A DNA stretch of 27,430 bases from Clostridia bacterium. GTDB taxonomy: Bacteria; Bacillota; Clostridia; Christensenellales; Aristaeellaceae. The stretch is taken from NCBI GenBank assembly GCA_045639455.1, contig JAZUDA010000045.1, positions 1-27,430 on the forward strand, read 5' to 3'. Position numbers and translations under genes: made by a program. Positions 22,230-27,430 of this stretch are shown in pieces. Each line of letters opens with the position of its first letter. Within the stretch, counting starts at the first letter, position 1. The notes under the pieces are model-generated. The model was not told where the DNA came from, did no database searches, and saw only the letters and a list, made by a program, of their open reading frames with translations.

Positions 22230-23888
22230 ATGAAGAATGAACAAGCGTTTGCCCAATACGAACTTTGGAAGCAGAATGCCGCCGACAGTGAAATCCGGTC
22301 CCAGCTGACTCAGATGAATGAAGATCAGATTGAGGACGCGTTTTACCGTAGTCTGTCCTTCGGTACCGCCGGCCTGCGCGGCGAAATCGGCGCGGGAACC
22401 AACCGGATGAATATCTACACCGTCGGGAAAGCCACCCAGGGCCTGGCGGATTATCTGAAAAAGAACTACGAAAATCCTTCTGTAGTCATCGGCTACGACA
22501 GCCGTATCAAGAGCGATGTTTTCGCCCGCTGCGCCGCGGATGTGCTGAGCGCCAACGGCATCCGGGTCAATATCTGGCCCCGTTTGGAGCCCGTGCCCAC
22601 CGTGTCTTTCGCCACCCGCTACCTGCACGCCAGCGTGGGGATCATGATCACCGCTTCCCACAATCCTTCCAAGTACAACGGCTATAAAGTTTACGGCGAG
22701 GACGGTTGCCAGATTACCAACGAGGCCGCGGACGAAATCACGGCAGCCATCGAGAAGGTCGACCTGTTCACCGGCATCAAGCATGGCGGCAAGGAGTCCG
22801 AACCGATTGGTGAGGATGTGCTGGATGCCTTTATCGCGGAGGTAAAGGGGCAAAGTGTGCTGTTCGGCGAAGATGTCAACAAGGATGTAGCCATCGTATA
22901 CTCCCCCCTGAACGGCACCGGTCTGGAGCCCATTACCCGCACCCTGCGGGAGAACGGGTATACCAATATCACCCTGGTAAAGGAGCAGGAAAAGCCGGAC
23001 GGCAACTTTCCCACCTGCCCCTACCCGAACCCCGAAATCAAGCAGGCAATGGCGCTTGGCATGGAGTACGCCCAGCGCTGCAACGCGGATCTGCTGCTGG
23101 CCACCGACCCGGACTGTGACCGTGTGGGCATTGCCGTTAAGAACGAAGAGGGCGAATATGTGCTGCTGACCGGTAACGAGACCGGTCTGCTGCTGCTGGA
23201 CTATGTCTGCAGCCAGCGTGCGAAGCACGGCAAGATGCCCGCCAACCCCGTGATGGTCAAGACCATCGTCACTATGGATCTGGCGGAACGGATTGCCGCC
23301 TATTACGGCGTGGAAACCCGCAATGTGCTGACCGGGTTCAAATTCATCGGTGAGCAAATCGGTCTGCTGGAAAAGGAAGGCCGGCCTGAGCGGTATATCT
23401 TCGGCTTCGAAGAGAGCTACGGCTACCTCACCGGCACCTATGTGCGCGATAAGGACGGTGTAAACGCCGCCACCCTGATTTGCGAAATGTTCAGCTACTA
23501 CGCCACGCAGGGCATCACCCTGCTGCAGAAGCTGCAGGAGCTGTACAACCGCTTCGGCTATTGCATGAACACGCTCCACTCCTACGAGTTTGAGGGTGCC
23601 GCGGGCTTCACCAAGATGGAGGCCATCATGGCCAAGTTCCACGAAGGTCTGGACACCATCGGTCCCAAGAAGGTGCAAACCGTGCTGGACTACTCCAAGG
23701 GTCTGGACGGCCTGCCCAAGGCGGACGTGCTGAAGTACCTGCTGGAAGGCAATTGTTCCGTTGTTGTCCGTCCCTCCGGTACCGAGCCCAAGCTGAAGGT
23801 CTACATCAGCGTCAGCGCGGAGAACCGGGAGCAGGCGCTGGCAGTCGAGAGGCAGCTGTGCGACGCGCTGAAGGACTACTTCAAATAA
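22230..23888 (+). CDS. pgm: Phosphosugar mutase (phosphoglucomutase/phosphomannomutase)
   Basis: FGTAGLRG, phospho-Ser motif ITASHNP, metal loop ATDPDCDR, GFEESYG, RPSGTEPK. Start at MKNEQ (RBS AGAGGTG), not 21978. Confidence 0.95.
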   Translation: MKNEQAFAQYELWKQNAADSEIRSQLTQMNEDQIEDAFYRSLSFGTAGLRGEIGAGTNRMNIYTVGKATQGLADYLKKNYENPSVVIGYDSRIKSDVFARCAADVLSANGIRVNIWPRLEPVPTVSFATRYLHASVGIMITASHNPSKYNGYKVYGEDGCQITNEAADEITAAIEKVDLFTGIKHGGKESEPIGEDVLDAFIAEVKGQSVLFGEDVNKDVAIVYSPLNGTGLEPITRTLRENGYTNITLVKEQEKPDGNFPTCPYPNPEIKQAMALGMEYAQRCNADLLLATDPDCDRVGIAVKNEEGEYVLLTGNETGLLLLDYVCSQRAKHGKMPANPVMVKTIVTMDLAERIAAYYGVETRNVLTGFKFIGEQIGLLEKEGRPERYIFGFEESYGYLTGTYVRDKDGVNAATLICEMFSYYATQGITLLQKLQELYNRFGYCMNTLHSYEFEGAAGFTKMEAIMAKFHEGLDTIGPKKVQTVLDYSKGLDGLPKADVLKYLLEGNCSVVVRPSGTEPKLKVYISVSAENREQALAVERQLCDALKDYFK

Positions 23889-23901
23889 GCTGATTTAATG
23901 C

Positions 23902-23935
23902 ATGCCCGCAAGGTCTTTCCCTGCGGGCATTTTTT
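23902..23935 (+). terminator. Rho-independent terminator/attenuator between pgm and manA
   Basis: ATGCCCGCA...TGCGGGCAT-TTTTT. Confidence 0.7.
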
Positions 23936-23947
23936 ACGGTGATATAT

Positions 23948-24907
23948 ATGGAGCAAATTGTTTCTTCGCTTCTTCCGTTCAAGACCGTTCCCGCCTTCCG
24001 GTCCGGCTCGCTGACCCCCTGGGGCGGCGAAAAACTGAATACGCTGTATCACAAAAGCGCCCCGCCGGAAACGCCCGGCGAAAGCCTGGAGGTCAGCTGC
24101 ATCCCCGGGTTGGAAAGCATGGACTCTCAAGGCAACACGCTGCCGGAGATGATTGACCGTTTCGGTGAACGGCTGGTAGGCGGATACGCCGGGAAGCCCT
24201 TTCCCCTGCTGCTGAAAATCATCGACGCGCGGGAGGCTCTTTCCGTACAGGTGCATCCGGACAACGGATACGCCGCCCGCGAGGGCAAGCTGGGCAAGAC
24301 CGAGGCGTGGCTGATTCTGGACGCCGCGCCGGGGGCGGAGCTGATATACGGCCTGCAGCCCGGTGTGACCCATGCTCAGCTGGAGGCTGCCTTCACCGTG
24401 GGCGGCCCTGTGTCCGGTCTTCTGCGCCGCGTACCGGTGAAGGCAGGGGATGTGGTGTATATCCCCGCGGGCTGTGTGCACGCCATTGGCGCGGGCATCA
24501 CCCTGTACGAGATTCAGCAATCCTCCGACATCACCTACCGTTTCTACGACTGGGACCGTCGCGATAAGGCAGGAAATGCCCGCCCCCTGCACATTCGGCA
24601 GGCGCTGGAGGTGACGGACGTTTCCTTCCGGCAGGAACCGCTGAAAAGCAGCGGTGCCCCGGTGGACAAGGTCATCGCGAATGAGTATTTCTCCCTTTTT
24701 CTGCTGAACGTGAATGGTCGGATCGGGCTGCCGCCTGTGCCGGATTTCGGCATGGTGACATCCTTTGCCGACAGCCTGACACTGCTGTGTGGGGAATCCA
24801 GGCTGACACTGAACAACGGCGAGACTGCCTTTCTCCCCCGCGGGTGTGACTGTACCCTGTCCGGCAGTGGTACGGCCGCCCTGTCCATGCCCGCCCCCGC
24901 ACGGTGA
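23948..24907 (+). CDS. manA: Class I mannose-6-phosphate isomerase
   Basis: PWGGEKL, GESLE, PLLLKIIDAREALSVQVHPD, GKTEAW, IPAGCVHAIG, EIQQSSDITYRFYDWDR. Confidence 0.92.
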   Translation: MEQIVSSLLPFKTVPAFRSGSLTPWGGEKLNTLYHKSAPPETPGESLEVSCIPGLESMDSQGNTLPEMIDRFGERLVGGYAGKPFPLLLKIIDAREALSVQVHPDNGYAAREGKLGKTEAWLILDAAPGAELIYGLQPGVTHAQLEAAFTVGGPVSGLLRRVPVKAGDVVYIPAGCVHAIGAGITLYEIQQSSDITYRFYDWDRRDKAGNARPLHIRQALEVTDVSFRQEPLKSSGAPVDKVIANEYFSLFLLNVNGRIGLPPVPDFGMVTSFADSLTLLCGESRLTLNNGETAFLPRGCDCTLSGSGTAALSMPAPAR

Positions 24908-25083
24908 TTATGCATTTTTCCCCGGAATGTATGTTTCCGGGGCTGAAATGTAATTATCCAGAAACAGTTCATGTAACTGAACAATCCTGTATTTTTCTAT
25001 GTTATTTCCCTATTCCAGAAGAAATATCCGGCATATACATTCCCATGTAACCGTCGAATTATGCATCATTTGCATATTGATTG

Positions 25084-25139
25084 AAATAGGCCCTGCCTCC
25101 GATGCGACCGGTGCATACGGAAACAGGGCCCTTATTTTT
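25084..25139. terminator. Long hairpin, probably terminating the convergent GNAT transcript
   Basis: AAATA-GGCCCTG..TCCG-ATGC-gaccggt-GCAT-a-CGGA..CAGGGCC..TATTT. Confidence 0.5.
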
Positions 25140-25152
25140 GTGCCGGTGGGGG

Positions 25153-25623
25153 TTACAGGATTGTCTCCATGCCCACCTTTTGCGGCTTCAAGCCGCATTT
25201 TTCATAGAAACGCATGGCAGGCTCGTTAAAGGCCCATACGTTCAGCGTCACATTGTAGCACCCGGACGCGCGGGCGAAATCCACCACATACGCGTACAGT
25301 GCTTGGCCGATGTGCTGCCCGCGGCGTTGTTCATCCACGCACAGGTCATCGATATACAGCGTCTTGATATCGGTCATAATATTATGCCCGATATACTGCT
25401 GGAAAATGCAGAACGCGTAGCCCAGCACATGATTTTCCTCATCCAGCGCCGCGAAAATCGGACGGGTGTCATCCCGGAGGATTTCCAGCAGTTCCTTATC
25501 CGTGTATTTTTTGGCATCTGCCCGGAAAAGATCCGGTCGGCCCTCATGATGCACATTCAATACCTGTCGAAGCAGTTCGTTGATGCCATCGACATGTTCA
25601 GCCGTTGCCCGCACGATTTTCAT
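25153..25623 (-). CDS. GNAT N-acetyltransferase
   Basis: LYIDDLCVDEQRRGQHIGQALY, VTLNVWAFNEPAMRFYEKCG. Start MKIVRA 7 nt after GAGGGGG. Confidence 0.92.
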   Translation of the reverse strand: MKIVRATAEHVDGINELLRQVLNVHHEGRPDLFRADAKKYTDKELLEILRDDTRPIFAALDEENHVLGYAFCIFQQYIGHNIMTDIKTLYIDDLCVDEQRRGQHIGQALYAYVVDFARASGCYNVTLNVWAFNEPAMRFYEKCGLKPQKVGMETIL

Positions 25624-25675
25624 TGTCCGTCCCCCTCTTTTTTTCCCGCTCGCGGCAGCCTCCGCGCGCACCTTC

Positions 25676-25704
25676 AGCATACGTCAACCCGGTTCTTTTG
25701 TCAA
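25676..25704 (-). promoter_or_regulatory. sigmaA promoter for the GNAT gene
   Basis: Minus strand TTGACA, 17 bp spacer, TATGCT. Confidence 0.7.
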
Positions 25705-25721
25705 GAAAGAACCCCGTTATG

Positions 25722-25735
25722 GGAACGATTGTTCG
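25722..25735. promoter_or_regulatory. Candidate LexA/DinR SOS box
   Basis: GGAAC-GATT-GTTCG versus the Bacillota consensus CGAAC-RNRY-GTTCG. Confidence 0.45.
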
Positions 25736-25767
25736 CCTATAATAGGAAAGTATTTTTTGCAAAAGGC

Positions 25768-25796
25768 TTGAAATGTAGCAGGTGATATGATACAGT
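25768..25796 (+). promoter_or_regulatory. sigmaA promoter for comM
   Basis: TTGAAA, 17 bp spacer, TGa-TACAGT. Confidence 0.55.
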
Positions 25797-25909
25797 AAAT
25801 GCGTTTCACGATGATCCCTGCCCGTTCTGGCGGCTATTTTTCGCCGGATTCATCGTGCAGACGGTAAAAGTTGTATCGAAAGTGTATTGTCAGGAGGGGG
25901 TGAGAAGTC

Positions 25910-27430
25910 ATGCTGTCCCGCGCGTTGGGGTTTGGTCTGAACGGTGTGGAGGGGTTCCCTGTTACGGTTGAGGTGAACCTGTCCGCCGGCAAGCCCCGCT
26001 TTGATATCGTCGGATTGCCGGATGCCTCCGTGCGCGAAAGTCAGGACCGTGTCCGCTCCGCCGTGCAGAATATGGGCTACAAGATGCCCGTCTCCTGGAT
26101 TACGGTCAACCTGGCCCCCGCCGATGTGAAAAAAGAGGGGCCCTGCTTTGACCTACCCATTGCCCTGTGCATTTTAGCGGCCTCCCGGCAGGTCCACCTG
26201 CGCGAGTTGGACAGGATTCTTCTGATGGGAGAGCTGTCCCTGGACGGCACGATTATGCCTGTCACCGGCGCTCTGCCCCGCGCCATCGCCGCCAAGGAGC
26301 AGGGCATTGCCTGCGTTCTTTGCTCTCGCGACAACGCGAAGGAAATTCAGTGCATCGAAGGTCTGAACGTTTATCCCTGCCGCACCCTGAAAGAAGCGGT
26401 GGAGCATTTGTCCGGCCTGTGTCCCATTCTTCCCCAGATTCAGGTCAGCTATGAGGAAATCATGACCCGTCCCCAGACGGGCACCATTGATCTGTGCCAG
26501 GTCAAGGGGCAAACCAACGCCAAGAAGGCGCTGGAGGTGGCGGCCGCCGGCGGACACAATATGCTGATGGTCGGCGTCCCCGGCAGCGGAAAAACCATGC
26601 TGGCCAGGTGTCTGCCCGGCATTCTGCCTTCCATGAGCTTTGAAGAGGCGCTGGAGGTCACGCGGATTCACTCCGCCGCGGGCGTGCTGGAAAGCGGTAC
26701 CGGCCTGCTGACGACCCGTCCCTTCCGCAGCCCCCATCATTCCGCCTCCATGGCGTCCATGATTGGCGGCGGTGCGAACGCCCGTCCCGGCGAGGTCTCG
26801 CTGAGCCACAACGGCGTACTGTTTCTGGATGAGCTGCCGGAATTTTCCCGCCCCACCCTGGAGGCCATGCGTCAGCCGCTGGAGGATGGCTTTGTCACCG
26901 TATCCCGCGTGCAGCAGTCTGCCCGCTATCAGGCGCGGTGCATGCTGATTGCCTCCATGAACCCCTGTCCCTGCGGCTACTATGGCAGCCAGACCCGGCC
27001 CTGCCGCTGCACCCAGCATGACATTCGCCGCTATCTGGACCGGATTTCCGGCCCGCTGCTGGACCGCATCGACATTCAGATTGAGGTGGACGCGCTGAAC
27101 GTGGAGGATATCCAATCCGCCGCGCCTGCGGAAACCTCCGCCACCGTGCGGGAGCGGGTGGAAAAGGCCCGCATGCTTCAGCGGGAGCGTTACAAGGCGG
27201 ACGGCATTTTCTGCAACGCCCAACTGACCAACACCCTGATTGAAAAATACTGCGCGCTGGACGCTTCCTCCGCCGCCATTCTGGCAGCCGCGCAAAAGAA
27301 GCTGAACATGTCCATGCGCGCCTATACCCGCACGCTGAAGGTGGCCCGTACCCTGGCGGACCTTCGAGGCGCCGCGCAAATCGGTCCGCAAGATATCGCC
27401 AGTGCCGGGTCCTACCGGGCTCTTGATTCC
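25910..27430 (+). CDS. comM: ComM/YifB Mg-chelatase-like AAA+ ATPase (3' partial; absent from the ORF track because its stop is outside the window)
   Basis: Hand translation from ATG 25910: MLSRALGFGLNGVEGFPVTVEV...IVGLPDASVRESQDRVRSA...ITVNLAPADVKKEGPCFDLPIA; Walker A GVPGSGKTMLA; RPFRSPHHS; GEVSLSHNGVLFLDELPEF; ASMNPCPCGYYG...CRC; ISGPLLDRIDI; ends ...TLADL...YRALDS. RBS AGGAGG/GGGGTGA. Confidence 0.95.
   Translation, partial: MLSRALGFGLNGVEGFPVTVEVNLSAGKPRFDIVGLPDASVRESQDRVRSAVQNMGYKMPVSWITVNLAPADVKKEGPCFDLPIALCILAASRQVHLRELDRILLMGELSLDGTIMPVTGALPRAIAAKEQGIACVLCSRDNAKEIQCIEGLNVYPCRTLKEAVEHLSGLCPILPQIQVSYEEIMTRPQTGTIDLCQVKGQTNAKKALEVAAAGGHNMLMVGVPGSGKTMLARCLPGILPSMSFEEALEVTRIHSAAGVLESGTGLLTTRPFRSPHHSASMASMIGGGANARPGEVSLSHNGVLFLDELPEFSRPTLEAMRQPLEDGFVTVSRVQQSARYQARCMLIASMNPCPCGYYGSQTRPCRCTQHDIRRYLDRISGPLLDRIDIQIEVDALNVEDIQSAAPAETSATVRERVEKARMLQRERYKADGIFCNAQLTNTLIEKYCALDASSAAILAAAQKKLNMSMRAYTRTLKVARTLADLRGAAQIGPQDIASAGSYRALDS

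Noticed and set aside
25910-27430. comM as an integration site for a mobile element
   Set aside because: comM is a known insertion hotspot, but the segments translated by hand stay in frame over 507 codons, and no integrase or att-like repeat is visible.

Overview
Chromosomal window from a GC-rich anaerobic Bacillota/Clostridia-type bacterium. The lineage is inferred from gene content, AGGAGG ribosome-binding sites and sigmaA-type promoters. Left to right: a 5'-truncated FGGY/ribulokinase-like kinase; a cytoplasmic Cys-type sulfatase; a short frameshifted gene stub; a CUT1 sugar ABC cassette (two permeases plus a binding protein with no lipobox); a short-chain CHR (chromate-ion transporter) pair; and a WYL regulator. 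A long minus-strand block follows: CsoR/RcnR repressor, DMT transporter, GNAT, alpha/beta hydrolase, a 69-aa double-glycine-leader peptide, an ECF sigma factor, two NHLP-type ABC exporters, a miniature membrane-fusion protein, a nitroreductase and a D-aminoacylase-like amidohydrolase. The rest is an SGNH hydrolase, a TIM-barrel epimerase with an MBL hydrolase, a phosphosugar mutase, a mannose-6-P isomerase, a second GNAT, and comM/yifB running off the right edge. No rRNA, tRNA, CRISPR array, transposase or integrase was seen. The best candidate for an undescribed system is 11379-17087: an NHLP-type export operon with no RiPP-modifying enzyme in the operon or window. It instead ends in an ECF sigma factor and a small leader-bearing peptide. 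An ECF-type promoter (TAAC-N17-CGTA) overlaps the sigma stop codon and points at that peptide. This suggests a sigma / exported-or-cleaved anti-sigma (or signal-peptide) circuit rather than a classical bacteriocin cluster. All product calls come from motif recognition by eye; no database search was run.
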